A stretch of 63,011 nt of DNA, counting the filler, from Stramenopiles sp. TOSAG23-2 (lineage: Eukaryota): assembly GCA_900128395.1 (NCBI GenBank). It is 11 parts of 11 records of this genome, joined end to end, with 100 filler letters (N's around TTAATTAATTAA, not from the genome) between each part and the next. Parts side by side here need not be neighbours in the genome. Positions count along the whole stretch, not along the records: positions 30,892 to 36,961 come from LT650526.1; positions 37,062 to 43,128 come from LT650527.1; positions 43,229 to 49,293 come from LT650528.1; 8 more parts are not named here. The stretch is one strand, 5' to 3'. Numbering within the stretch: the first letter of the stretch is position 1; each line of letters begins with the position of its first letter. Below the pieces are notes generated by a model. That model worked only from the letters and a program-made list of their open reading frames with translations, was not told the DNA's origin and searched no databases. This document shows positions 34,248 through 47,722 of this stretch, in pieces. The translations under genes and the position numbers were made by a program.

Positions 34248-34489
34248 TCCCGATATAATTTTTACTGTGCCAGCGAATCACCGATTTTCGGTACAAATAT
34301 TGTAGTATACTTAAACACTATATTATCTATCAAATTAATCGGTTTTCAGGTTTTCAATAAATTTAAATTTCTAGTGTGTGAGTTTTGGATTAATTTGTGT
34401 ATTTCATAGGTATATATAGTGTTTAAGTATAATAAACAATTTGTACCGAAAATCGGTGACTGGCTGGCACAGGAACAATTATATCGGGA
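34248..34489. mobile_element. MITE-like fold-back element with ~75-bp imperfect inverted arms
   Basis: TCCCGATATAATT...TCACCGATTTTCGGTACAAAT...TATACTTAAACACTA (34248-34322) pairs with 34415-34489; no clean TSD. Confidence 0.7.
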
Positions 34490-34680
34490 GGGTAGCACTG
34501 CAAACCAGCAAAGAAGAAGAAACGTTATAAAAAATGGATCAAAAAAGCAAAAATTGATAAATTGCAACGCAATTGCCATGAAAAGAGTGAAAGGAGGCTG
34601 GGTTGTATATAATAGAAACATGCCAGGGCATATAAACAACATAGATAATCACCATTGAAACATACATACATTTAACGATC

Positions 34681-36618
34681 ATGGCAGATTTATCAACATT
34701 AACAATCATAACAAATAAACAACCAGAACGATTTTTTGATAATAAAACAAATCATGAAATTGACCAAAGTTTAGATAGTTTAATAGAAATATTAAATGAT
34801 GTGGATGAAACAAGAAAAGACAAAATTAAAGCACTTGTTGTACTATCAAATTTAGCACGTGTGGAAAACAGACGTGACGATGTATTAGATGCAATAAGAC
34901 AATTGAATGAAAACTTTGAAAATGCACTGATAGAACGAGAAGAAGGTGCAGAAACATTTTCAAAAAAAACAAAAGTGGATGATATGCATCAATTAGTTAT
35001 ATTATTATTTATACGGTTAATGGATTATCGTTTTACTACAGCTGATTTATTGGATTTATTACGATATAAACATAACCTTGCATTAGCAACTATTGAAATA
35101 TCGTTAAAAAAAGTTGCATACGAAGATGATGTATGTTTAGGTTTAACACGTCTGTTTTCTGGATTTGCCATACCATCTACCTATTTCGCTGGGAAAGGGA
35201 AACAAACAATGTCTGAACGGGATTGTAGTGAATTTTCAGACAAAATCAATTTATTAGTTGATAAATTTCGTGGGTCTCCTATTATAACCACATGGGTAGA
35301 TGCAGTTATAAAACGTGCATTGAAAAAATCAAAAGGTGATATACATCAAGTTCATTTTGAAATGATTAATCATGGTTTAAATGCATTTACAAATACGTAT
35401 AATTTCACGACTGGGAATGGTGCAACTGGTTTTCGACAACATTTATTAGTTTCTGAGAAAATTCCAACAAAATTATTATTACCAATATTAAAAGCTATTA
35501 TTACTAAATATGATAATAATAAGAATAATAATATGGATGATGATGAAAAAAATAAAAAAATTAGTCCAACGACTATGGCAACTATCAAAACAATATTAAA
35601 ATCATTTATATTAATAACATTTGAAATGTTTTCACAAACAAATAAATTTCGTTTGAAAAATAATATTACAATGGATTTATTGAATAATAAAAAAATACAA
35701 CAATGTATGATGGAAGAAGATAGTTCTATTTTTGCATTGGTTTTATTATACAATGTGAATATTGATAGTATGGAAAATATGGAAAATGATGATGAAAAAC
35801 AACAAGATATTGATAAAATATCACAATGTATTAATGAATTTTGGATGAAATTAAAAGATAAAGAACGTGTTAAACGATTGTTTACAACACCTGGTTCATT
35901 ACCTATTTCAAGACAAATATTTACTTATCGTTATATATATGATATGTTAGGATGCAAAGAGGACGAGGATGAGGAGGAGGACGACGACGACGAAGAATAT
36001 GATATTGAAGAAAATGCTGAAGAAATAATAAAAAAAAATGTTGACGAAAAAAATGATGATGATGTCAAAGAAGAAGAAGAAGGGAAAAAACAAGAAAATT
36101 TTCGATTGCTTGGTAATTTACCTGAAATGAACAAAAAGGCTAACAACGGTCGTCATAGTAGTAGTAATAATAAAAGTGGTTGGAAAGTACGTAATAATAA
36201 TGGATATCATAATCGTAGAAAAAAAAAAGAAAAAAAAAAGAAAAAAAAGAAGAAGAAAGAACGTAATAATAATAATATAAAAGAAGGAAGTAAAACGGAG
36301 GATGCAGATCAATATCCAATTGCAACACCAGTTATACTTGGTTTACCATCGGAATTTTTATGTGCTATGAATGGTCAATGTTTAAAAGAACCAATGCGTT
36401 CAAAAATCAATCCAAATATAGTATTTGAAAAACGAACAATTGAAGGTTGGTTTGAAAGATGTGGCCACGTTTGCCCTATAACAAGTACGCCATTAAAACC
36501 AAGTGATATTGAATATGATGATAATTTAGCAAAACAAATAACCTCGTTTATGATACAACAAAGTTATCAAAGTAATAATAATAATTTTGCTGATGAGGAT
36601 GATATGTATAGTTTTTAA
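34681..36618 (+). CDS. U-box E3 ligase-like protein (helical N-terminus, C-terminal U-box)
   Basis: PSEFLCAMNGQCLKEPM...FEKRTIEGWF...VCPITSTPL...DDNLAKQI. Confidence 0.85.
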   Translation: MADLSTLTIITNKQPERFFDNKTNHEIDQSLDSLIEILNDVDETRKDKIKALVVLSNLARVENRRDDVLDAIRQLNENFENALIEREEGAETFSKKTKVDDMHQLVILLFIRLMDYRFTTADLLDLLRYKHNLALATIEISLKKVAYEDDVCLGLTRLFSGFAIPSTYFAGKGKQTMSERDCSEFSDKINLLVDKFRGSPIITTWVDAVIKRALKKSKGDIHQVHFEMINHGLNAFTNTYNFTTGNGATGFRQHLLVSEKIPTKLLLPILKAIITKYDNNKNNNMDDDEKNKKISPTTMATIKTILKSFILITFEMFSQTNKFRLKNNITMDLLNNKKIQQCMMEEDSSIFALVLLYNVNIDSMENMENDDEKQQDIDKISQCINEFWMKLKDKERVKRLFTTPGSLPISRQIFTYRYIYDMLGCKEDEDEEEDDDDEEYDIEENAEEIIKKNVDEKNDDDVKEEEEGKKQENFRLLGNLPEMNKKANNGRHSSSNNKSGWKVRNNNGYHNRRKKKEKKKKKKKKKERNNNNIKEGSKTEDADQYPIATPVILGLPSEFLCAMNGQCLKEPMRSKINPNIVFEKRTIEGWFERCGHVCPITSTPLKPSDIEYDDNLAKQITSFMIQQSYQSNNNNFADEDDMYSF

Positions 36619-37061
36619 CATATTTTGAAACAGTTTAAAAAGAAAATGATATTACGCTTGTACATATTATTGAATAATGATATATATTTTATGAACAATG
36701 TGTAATGCATACATTTAGCCACTTTCCACTCTCCACTCTTTCACAAAAACATACGCTTCGTACGAAAGTTGTATCTCGTTTCTCGTTCGATAAAAACATC
36801 TTCTCAAATCTCTTCACATCTCTCTTCTCTCTTTCTTCTCTCTTCTCTGTATCCTCTCTGTATCCTCTCTGTAATGCATTAGCTATTTAGCATGTAGCCT
36901 CTTTAGAGTGTGGTTCACTCGTTCACTGGTTTCACGCATTATGAAATTTACATCGGACATCNNNNNNNNNNNNNNNNNNNNNNNNNNNNNNNNNNNNNNN
37001 NNNNNTTAATTAATTAANNNNNNNNNNNNNNNNNNNNNNNNNNNNNNNNNNNNNNNNNNNN

Positions 37062-40000
37062 GCATCGGATATGTTCTTAGGAAAGTGGATCAAAAAAGCG
37101 CACGAAGCCCCTTTGCCAATTCAAAGCGATAAAGCAGTGGTCAATAACAACGATGGGTCAAAAATTAATGCAGTTGCAAATTCTGTAGTTGTTGGAAAAC
37201 AGTTAGGTGGTAGGAAGCTTCCACCAGTAGATTTACCGGTTGATAAGTCAAAACCGCCTGTAATATCTTTATTGTCCCATATTAATGATGAGAGTGCTTT
37301 TGGTGGTAGTAAGGATCGGAAAAGTAACAATAATGATAATATATCAAATATACCCCTTAAAACAACTACCAGTGCAATGTCAAGCAGTTCAAACACCAAA
37401 CCGAGAAAAAAACTTGTTATAGTGGATGATTATTACGATATGAATAATTTTAAAGAACCTTCAACTTTAAGACAACAACAGGGTAGTAACCGCGTCAGTA
37501 GTAGGAGTATCACTGAGGAACTAGAGTCTTCATTTGAAATTATAGATATGGATGATTTTGCCCCACAAAATGTTCATAAAGTTATTAAAGATAATGTTTT
37601 AATCGATAAAATAAATAAACCTGATGTTAAACTAAATTCATTATTAAATTCCATGAGTTTGAATGGCCAAAAAAATACAATAGGAACTTCAAATATTACA
37701 AAAATGGAAGTTGAAAGTGACGAAGAGGATGAAGATGAGTGGGGTGATAATGATAATACCAGCAAATCCTTGATGGTCTCATGGTTTGGTGGTGGAAGTA
37801 ATGAAAACATTACTTCCAATTCACCTGAAAAAAATATTCCGATGAGTTCTATTTTACAATCGCCAAAAAATAAAGTTTTGGTTAAAGAAAGTACGGGTAT
37901 ATTGAATATAACATTTGATGATGATGTTGAAATACCAAACGATATTCTCATGACTGCCCTTCCAACTAGCGAAAAAAGTGTCAAAGACAAGCGCTATAAC
38001 CAATGACCACGTGGATAAAAGTGCGGAAGATGGAGATAGTAGTGGATACTCAGAGACAAACTCTGATTTTGATGATGACGAGGATTCAAGCGATTCGGAA
38101 GAAAGCGATTCGGAGCTATGGGAAAGTGCTTACGGAAATACTATGAATATTAATGATACAAATTACGTTTTAAAGCAAAATGATGAAGAGAACGAAAATA
38201 AACGTGGAACTAAAATGGTTATAAACTACGTTGATGATAACGAAATTGCCAAAGAAGAGAACAATGTAAGAAATGATGAAGCACCTTACAATATGGCAAA
38301 TTCAGTTGAAAATATGAAGACATTGTTGACATATGATAAGGATGACAATATTACTAAGAATCAAGTGAAATCTGATAAAGGTGAAACACCGCCAACAAAT
38401 GATACATTGCCAGCAGATATTTATGAAAATGAAGGTTTACAACATGTAAAATGGTATAAAGGCTCTGATGAAACAATTTCAGACTTAAAACCTGGAGTGA
38501 ATATTTTACCACACTATATACCAATCGTGCCGCTATCAAGTTGCGGCGAGGGCGCTATCAATAGCATAAAAGCTATTTCTGATGTGCCAGAGTCTATTAA
38601 GTTGAAAGAACAGAGGGCAAACGATGGAAGTTCAAAGGATCATATCGACAGTGGCAAGACACATGTTGTAGGTCGTGTTGTTATCAATAAAATGAATCTG
38701 TCATGGAAATGGTTTGATGGAAAAGATTGGGAACAGACTGAAAGCAATATGAACAATCAAATCTTTAGAGAGACACATAATATTAAACCACGTAGAAACT
38801 TGTTTTCGGGTGAAGACGAAGATGATAACGCCAACAAGGCTAGTGCAAACAAAGCTAATTCCAGCAATAAAGAAACACTTTTAGGTATTATACTAGGACA
38901 TGATGATGAGGGGGAGACAACTGATAATGTCGCATATAGCAGATTCAATAATTCTGCTCGTCAATGGTGGGTTATTGCTGATCATGGTCGAGAGTTGTAT
39001 GGTAGTGGTAGTAAAAGAATAAACAACAGTATCCACCATATACCATGTGGACGAATTGTTGAAACAATGGTTGAAATTAGACTGACTGATTTTGCTATGA
39101 GGTCAGATGCATATAATCAATCATCGCCATATACTTCGAATTTAATTATACATATACATAATTTTGAGTTGATTGATCATCTTTTAACATCAAATTTAAA
39201 GAAGATTGTATCGCATTGGCGCTCAAACAAATTGCACCCAAGAGAGACAAACAAACCCATGGTGCGTTTATCTATGTTAAGTGTAAAAACTGGAAAATGG
39301 CGCGAGCAGCCACCATCGTACGTCCCAGATGACGAAATTAGAATGAGGTTAGGAATTTTGCCGTTGCGAATAAACTTAGATCAAGATGCAGCTTATTTTA
39401 TTGCCAATTTTGTTACTAACTTGGGAAAGAGTGGTGAAGAAAATATTGAAATGGATAGTAGCAAAATCAATGTAGAAATCCCCCCAGACAGTGGCAAGAA
39501 CGATGAAAGTAACGATGTATCCCCATCCTCGGGGGAGATAGAGCCGGATATGTATTTTCAAACCGTTACAATAAGTAGTGTTAAAGTGAAGATCGATTAT
39601 CATCCAAAACGAGTGGATATAGAAGGATTGAGGCAAGGTAATTATGTTGAGTTAATAAACATTTTGCCCATGGAGGGGCTGATGCTCCTGTTGCCGAAAA
39701 TGGAGTTATTGAGTTTGAAAGGTATTGATAATGTTGGAGCTAAAATTGGTGATATTTGGGGCAAAGAAATTGTAGAGAAGCAACTTCACCATTTAGCTGC
39801 TGGCATTAACGTACCACCTATTCGATCATTGGCAAATGTTTGTAACGGTGCATGCGACGTAGTTCTGCTACCGTTGAAGCAATATCAAGAAGGTGGACAC
39901 ATTTCAAGTAGTTTAAGAACTAGTACTTCTAACTTTGTTCACACATTGAGTTTAGAGGCTTTAACAAATGCTAGTCGTTTAGCAGCCACTACACAAACTA

Positions 40001-40389
40001 TATTGGAAAGTGCGCATGACTATTTAGCTTCATCATCTTCAAAACATGGTAGCAAAAAAGGATTTGTTACTACTAATAGCAAGAGAAGCAAAAATAACCG
40101 AAAAAGACGAAACTCCAGACAAAGTTATAATGAAACTTTTAGAAGTGCACCAAGCGTATTTAGCGACCAGCCAGCAAACGTAACTGAGGCATTGAATCAA
40201 GCAGCACAACGCTTATCAACCCGTTTTAATTCTAGCCAACGAACCGTAGTAGCAGTACCAATTGGAAAATATAAAGAAAAAGGTATTGGGGGAACGGTTC
40301 GTAATGTAGTGAAAGCAATGCCAGTTGCTATTTTAGGGCCCATGATAGGTGGGGCAGAGGCATTGAGTAGAGTTATACTAGGTGCTAGA
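37062..40389 (+). CDS. ATG2: ATG2 C-terminal part; frameshift near 37975-38006; ends at an inversion junction
   Basis: LSWKWFDGKDW, FELIDHL...RETNKPM, LPLRINLDQD, YFQ...VKIDYHPKRVD...GNYVELIN, DQPANV.EAL and PVAILGPMIGGAEALSRVILGAR are ATG2 C-terminal motifs. Confidence 0.88.
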
Positions 40390-42486
40390 TGTGTCAATAT
40401 TATCTTCACGCTTATCCGAGTTGTTTGAAACATCTGACCGCAAACATTTATCAACAGTGAAGGAGTGAAATGTCAACATAGTATCTAAATTAGGTAAAGA
40501 GGATACCTGGGTGCGATCATCTCCCGGCTTATCACTATTTGGTTTCATCATGTAATGCTGCACGAAGCGTTTGCAGTTTTGTGTTAATAAGGCATGATCC
40601 ATTTGGTGACCCAATGCAACTTTTAAATCAATTACGTTAATTAAAAAATATGAATCTAGCCATTTACGCTGAATCCATGCAGCAGAGGCCTCCTCCATAT
40701 CTTCGCCATCTTCACTATTTCCATGTTCACATACTAACAATTTAATGCATCCCTTTGGTATATGGATCAGAGTCGAAGAGGAAGCGACTGCTGGCATAGC
40801 ATCCTTTCCTTTATCATCATCGTCATTGCTATTTATTTTTACTGCAGGTGGTGATATGTAATATAACCACGTATTTAATGTTATTAAATCTATATTGATA
40901 TCGACCACTGAACCCTCTGAAAGCAAATTCATCATGGTAGTTCCTTTCACATCAATATTATAATTTAAAATAAAACTATTTGTATCATTATTTGAAGATT
41001 GACCTTGCTCATTCTTACTTCTGTATGACAAAATATTAAATGGTTTTTGTTTTGTATGAGAATCTCCCATAATATATTCGATAATATCAGGCGAATTTAT
41101 CATAAATTTGCTTGTCATACTAGATTGGGAATTTTCTACATGAGCAACATTATTATTTAAATAAACCATAGCCTGTGTTTTGTTGATTACTTCTAAAATT
41201 GTATTTACACTAGTAATAGACAAACACTTTATTATTGGTTGCCTGTCTATTGAATCTTCATTTGATGCTGGGGCATATACCTTGTGAAAAAAATCAATAT
41301 ACGTCTTCAAAATTGTCAAACGTATAGTTAACGAATGTTCGGTAGATTTACGTTCAATATCGCCAGAAGATAGGAGGCTATCATTGTTGTTGTTATCTTT
41401 ATTGATATCATGGATGTTGTCCGTACTATTACTGCTACTATTGCTGTTAAATGCATTACTAATATTATTTATAGATTCGAGTAAGATATTTAGACAATGT
41501 TTGGATGGTATATTCAATGACAAAGATTTAAAAAAACCTTCAATAGTTGTATTAGAGCTATTAATATTGTCTTGATTATCATCCTGATTGTTGACAATAT
41601 CTTCAGTCATTGTCATGGTAAAATAATTCGTTCTATTACCCCCATTGGTGTTGTTATTATTATCATTATTATCGTCATTTTCATTATTACCACATTTTAA
41701 TATTTTATAAGTTGTAGCTGAAATATTTCCTAAACCTAGCAATCCTCGCGGTCCATTATATGATTCCGTGAATTTTTCTGCAATATAAATTGAAAATTGA
41801 TCAAATCGTATAGTTCTTCTTGGTGGTGTTTTCCTTCTTGAATTATTGTTATCAGTTGACTTACTCGATGTCTTAACATTCGCTTTAAAGTGTGCTGCAT
41901 CTTCATCATATGAATATAAACCTGGGATCTTAATTATCAGACTATGGCACACTTTTGGTATATGTATTTCAATATGTACATCCGTTATTGTTAAATTAAT
42001 TTTACTAGCTATTCGTTCAATCAGCGTTGTCAAATCGGATAACCCTTCGCCCGTACTAGTAACATTGTTATTGTTATTGCCATCACTATTATTATTATTA
42101 TTATTATCATCTTTACTAGTAACGCCATTTGTATTTTCGCGTTTAGCATTTGTCTTTTCTAATTTATCATCTTGGTCATCTTCAAATAATATCAAATTAG
42201 CCTCGACACCTGCAACTGTTACATTACAACCCTCAGATAACAAACCATCCAATGATGGTATTTTCAATTCAAAATGATCAACCATACAAGATGTAAAACG
42301 AAACGGTGTTTTCATATTTTCCAAAATGGAGTTCATTTCTTCAATATTTAAGTCTAACGTATTTAATATTAACGAGCCGGCTATTAAATTCACATCAAAC
42401 TGATCAACGTCTAACTCATCAGTTAAATATTTCCCCAACACACGTTTAAGAACAGTCTTATACATCTTCTTCAATACAAAAGCCAT
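40390..42486 (-). CDS. ATG2: ATG2 N-terminal part (Chorein_N domain)
   Basis: LKKMYKTVLKRVLGKYL.DELDVDQFDVNLIAGSLILNTLDLN...LKIP, the Chorein_N/ATG2 N-terminus. Confidence 0.85.
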
Positions 42487-43228
42487 CTTGATTCACTTGA
42501 TTGCAAAAATATCAAATATTAAATATTGATATGTTTTATTTATATACTAACAAAAAGTTGATATTGAATTCACTATACTAACGACAAAAATTTACAAAAA
42601 TTGCGTATTTAAATAAGTGGTGATAATAATTTACAAAACTTTTTTTTTCTTTAATGTGTGATAAAAAGGGAAAATAATAAAACGAAGAAATAATGTCTCG
42701 TAGACAGACAAAAACAAACACACGCAGACGACACGTATGCACACACAAAAACGTCTACTTAGATGTAACAAAATTTCTGTAATCGTCTTCTCTTCGTTAA
42801 TGTAGTGCACATCAACAACAAAATTCTTATATGTTTGTTTTAGTGTTTTAGTTGTTTTTTCGGACCTTTCTTTAAAAAAAATATTATTTATATTTGCTTT
42901 TAATTAACATAAGAAGAAGTCTACACTCTACAATGTGATTTACGACTATCTATACTTATGCAAATACGATTTCGATATAGGAAATTCCTATATATATATA
43001 TATTTTAACGGCCTCTAACATTCCCGTTTTTATACAAAAGTGCATAGAAAATGGAAATAGAGGGAGGACTTTCTATCTTACCTAAGTATTATAATTTAAT
43101 GCTGGTTAGTTATATTGCTTATTGGATTNNNNNNNNNNNNNNNNNNNNNNNNNNNNNNNNNNNNNNNNNNNNTTAATTAATTAANNNNNNNNNNNNNNNN
43201 NNNNNNNNNNNNNNNNNNNNNNNNNNNN

Positions 43229-45008
43229 GGGGGGGGGGGGGGGGAGGGACATGGAAGTGTATATAGGTGGATATTATTCAGAAAAGTAATTAAACATTTG
43301 AACTTACCTAATACATCATCTACTAATTTCGACTTTTCATCATTTTCATTCAAACGACCTGTTTTATACAAATCAATACCAATTCGTACACATGTGATAC
43401 GTTCAATCTTATTTGACCATGATTTTAAAGACGGGGAGATATGATTTAAAATGTCGTTGTATTCATTCCCATCATCGCGATTGATCTCAACTATACCACT
43501 ACAAAAAACACAACGCGATATTGCAATTGATGCATCAGGATCTACTGATAAATGATCATCATTATCTAATAAAACCAATTGTTGTTTCTTTGCATCAAAT
43601 AAATAAATATTTATTAAATCGCAATTTAGCAATCTAGCAACTTGCTCCGTAGCTCGCTGCAACAATGTATGTACGGTGCGATGTTTCGTTAAGGATATGG
43701 CAAATTTTAATATTTCATAATGGCGTTTACTATGCTTAATTTTTAAATTATTTTGTTGTAATTTCATATTATTTCGCAATGCCATGCCTTGAACATTACG
43801 ATCATACTCTTCTAATCTACGTTGATACAAAAATGAATTAAGAGATAATCGGGAATATATAGTCAACATGTCCACGTCACCACTATTGAAAACCGTTTGT
43901 GACTTTACACCACCACGTACAACTAGGATGACACCAAATGCCACGTTATTTGATGATAACATTGGTACTCCCATTATTCGATATGGTCCTTGTGCATCTA
44001 AATGGTTCGTTAGATCTTGAATTCGAGCATTCCATAATGTGCCAAATCCGCTATCGATATCAATATCACGGTTGGTTTTTATAAGATGGCGTTGTGCATT
44101 ATTATTTTGTAAAATTTGAAATACAAAAGGCAAATCTTTCTCATCCAATCGAATGATTCTTTTTTTATAATATTGCTTTAAAGGTGAATTGGCTGGTTTT
44201 TGACCATGATATTGTGCATCTGTTTCATAGCGGCGTGTTGTTCCTCCATCTACGCCTGGACTATTTACATGTATATTTCCCGCTGTAAACGATTCACCTA
44301 ATCTTTCTTCTGCAGTTATGTTGTCGTATACATCGTTATCTGGTGGCAAGATGCCAATTAACTCGTTGGAACTAATATCTTCCCCGCGCAACAAAACGAT
44401 TGCACTGCTTGCAGCTAAAAGTCGCGTGGCATTTTCCTCCATCTTTAAAACTAAATTAAATGAATTTTCATTGTTTATTTGCCCAATATTATTTAAGCTT
44501 CGATGTATGAATTCTTCATCAAATACACTTGAGCAAACGTCAATACCAGCCGTTGCGGCAATATGGAAACGATGAATAGCAATGCTATGAGTTTTTTGCA
44601 TTTCTTTCGTTTCTTTTAGTTGGTCTTGTAATGCTACCAATGCATTAGATGCATCAGCCATCCCATCAATGCATTGTTCAAGTGTTTCAAAATGGCGAAT
44701 GGCCATCGCACTATGCTTACACCACATGGTTAGCATTGCTTCTTCTTCTAATGACATCATGTTTTGTTTATGTTTAGCGTTGCTACCACTACCTCGGTTT
44801 GCTGAATTCTTGCTTTTTTCCTCATCATTGACATCATTATCTTTCATGTCATTCTCTTGCAAAAATTTACATTCAGCAATTGCTAATGACATAATTTGCC
44901 CTGTCTCTTTTCTAGCAATAACGCATACGTACTTTCCATTGCGTTCTGGTTCGCCACTTAACAATACTCTATTAATTAATTCATCTTTCTCATCGTGCAG
45001 TAATTTTA

Positions 45009-45041
<33 letters not shown>

Positions 45042-46716
45042 TACCATTACCAATATATATTTTATCTTTGGAATTTTTAACAAAAGTCCATAATTGTCCC
45101 GATTTTATATGACCATTACGTTGCACCATATAAATATGAGCAGCTAGTACAGGTGTTTTTCGTAAAATATTTGTTAAACATTCCTTTTCAAATAAAGTAA
45201 AAACATCTTTTGTGTTGGATGAATTGGACCATAATTTTTCAATCGAATGAATTAACGATGCACGTCGACGACTACTTTGTAAACGCCTTTGTATGTTGGA
45301 CGTATTTACAATATTTTGTTGTTTCCCATATACACCCATAATAGCAAGGGCTACATGTGCTGCAAAATCTCGTAGTAATGATATCAATCTTTTATCATCA
45401 CGTACTACTTTATTATTATCAGAACCATCCTCATCAGATAATACTATAATGCCGACAATGTTCCCACCGGGATTTTGACATGGGAGTAACAATATATTAT
45501 TCTTACTACTATTATTCAGATACGATGATTGCTGCTGTTGTTGCGACAACATATCAAGATTTAACGATGTATCATTTGTATTGGAAAATAATACTTTTTC
45601 GTCCTCATTCTTGTCTATATATACATTATTGCTTTGATCACCACGCTGCAGTTGATTAAATATTTTTTTATTTATGAAAATAGGTTCTCCATTTTCCAAT
45701 TTGTTTCTAAGATTTCCATCCATTTCATTGTATTTCAAATAGTGGAAAGAAAGATTGGTTCTGTCATATGTCCATAATGTATTAAACCGATCTTCCTCCT
45801 CGAATACGTAGAGATGGACATTGTCGTTTAATCTAGGTTTTGTCAAAATTTTTGATGCAGTCGGCACTAATGAAAACAATTCATTGAATATGTTCAATTT
45901 ATAATCACGATGGTTTAAATCTATATCGTTTTTCATAATATTGCTATTGTTTTGGCTCTTTGCGATTGATCGAGATGTCCATGCGGCAATAGATGATACA
46001 CAGCGTACCAATCGTCTTTCATATTCTAATTCAGTTTTTATGATATTTTGTTTTTCCATCAATAAATTTTCACGTTGATTTAAATTTGTTAATTTCAACG
46101 TATTGACACGCTTTTCCTCGCAAAAATCAATGCAAAATCCTAAATGAACGCAAATTGTTTGTAACATAACTTCTTCTTCTTTTGTAAAATATTTATATTT
46201 ATTACTCTTCACATTTGTCGGTACCTCCGTTTGCTTTTGCTGTTGCAATGTTTCAATATCTTTCACAACTTCAAGGACTCCTAAGACGATATCTTCCCCA
46301 CCACTATCAAATACAATTGGCAAAAATATTTTATTTTGAAAATGAATTATACGATTTGTAGTTACAACTAGACCTGCTTGCCCTTTCTCAAAACTACAAA
46401 ACATTCTAGACTGTTTTTGCATGGACGATGTTGATGCTCCTAAACTAGCATTGCCGCCGTGGAACGAAGACGATGGTGATTGGTTGACATAATAACTTTC
46501 TTGTTGAGACTCTATCAAAACTGTCCAAGTGGCTTGCTTTGCATGATCTACGATATGTAAACGTGAATATACACCCGCTTGGACTACAGCAAATACTTGT
46601 GCATGGACAACACCACATAAAAATCCTATTGAACCTTTACCGAGGGATTCGATTACACTCAATACTTTTTGCGACGGAGTGATTGTATTCATTGACGATG
46701 GATACAAGGTTGACAT
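43229..46716 (-). CDS. Multi-GAF-domain signalling protein, 3'-truncated
   Basis: Repeated GAF-like C-terminal elements (FLPI...VLGVLEVV...FTKEEEVML; LLLPC...IVGIIVL; MGVPML...FGVILVV...FNSGDVDML). An intron donor (AG|GTAAGT) lies near 43307. Confidence 0.7.
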
Positions 46717-47722
46717 GATGCTCTTTTTATACACGCAACACAAAAAGCTGGGAATGGAGGGGAAGGAAATCAAACGAAAATTAGCCTAAAAAATTATATC
46801 AACAAATTACAACCACAAAATAATAATGCACAAAAAAAATGAAAAAAAAAAATGATGAAAAAGAAATATTTTAAAAAAATTCTTTTCCTCTTTTCCTTTT
46901 CACGCACAAAAACACGCACACAGACAGAGAGAGAGACAGACGATATTAATGTATTATATGTGTATTTATTTTGTTCAAAAAAAAAAAAACACACAAGAAT
47001 CTTAAATGAAGGTCTTCCAACATGTATTGATGTATGAATTATTCAAATTTTTAATGTTAATTGTTGATTTATCAGAAAAAATGAAAAAATGAAAAAATAA
47101 TAGCAGCGCCATAGTACAGTGCTAGTACATGAGAATATCCGATTTTTGTTACATATCCAATGTCTTTCTAAATATTCAATATGCATAAACTGGTTTACTA
47201 AATAGGTACTTAAATTGACATTATTTTTCCTAAATTTAGAATCTAGATTTAAAGAATATTGGAAAAATGGACATATAAATTTATGTATAACAGCAACAAG
47301 ATAAACAAATAAACACTGTGGCAAGATTGAGTAATTTTTACTGACTTCTGACTTCATAATACTATTCCAGTCTTATTAATATTCTGGTTTAACCGCCAAC
47401 CGGGCCGCCAACCGCCATTAGCCATTAATAATTAATAATATAGAAATTTTATAATAATACACAAATACACAAATACACAAATACAACAAATACAACAAAT
47501 ACACAAATACACAAACACAAATACTTATAATAAATAACACGCTAAAACACTAATACTATACATTTATAACACTCATACATACATAGAAATTAGTAATAAC
47601 ATACATTTACATTTAATTTCTTATAATATTTCTTTAGACCTTTATCCTCCAAAATCATATATAGATATTAGTATCATTACTCTTAAAGAAACTGTAATAC
47701 GTGTTTTAAGCATTGAAATAAT

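Noticed and set aside
43229-43247. G-run as a telomere or G-quadruplex element
   Set aside because: Homopolymer at a contig edge inside a probable intron; likely an assembly break.
47455-47525. ACAAATAC repeats as telomeric repeats
   Set aside because: Internal, degenerate microsatellite like the many (GT)n, (AT)n and (AAT)n tracts in the host contigs.
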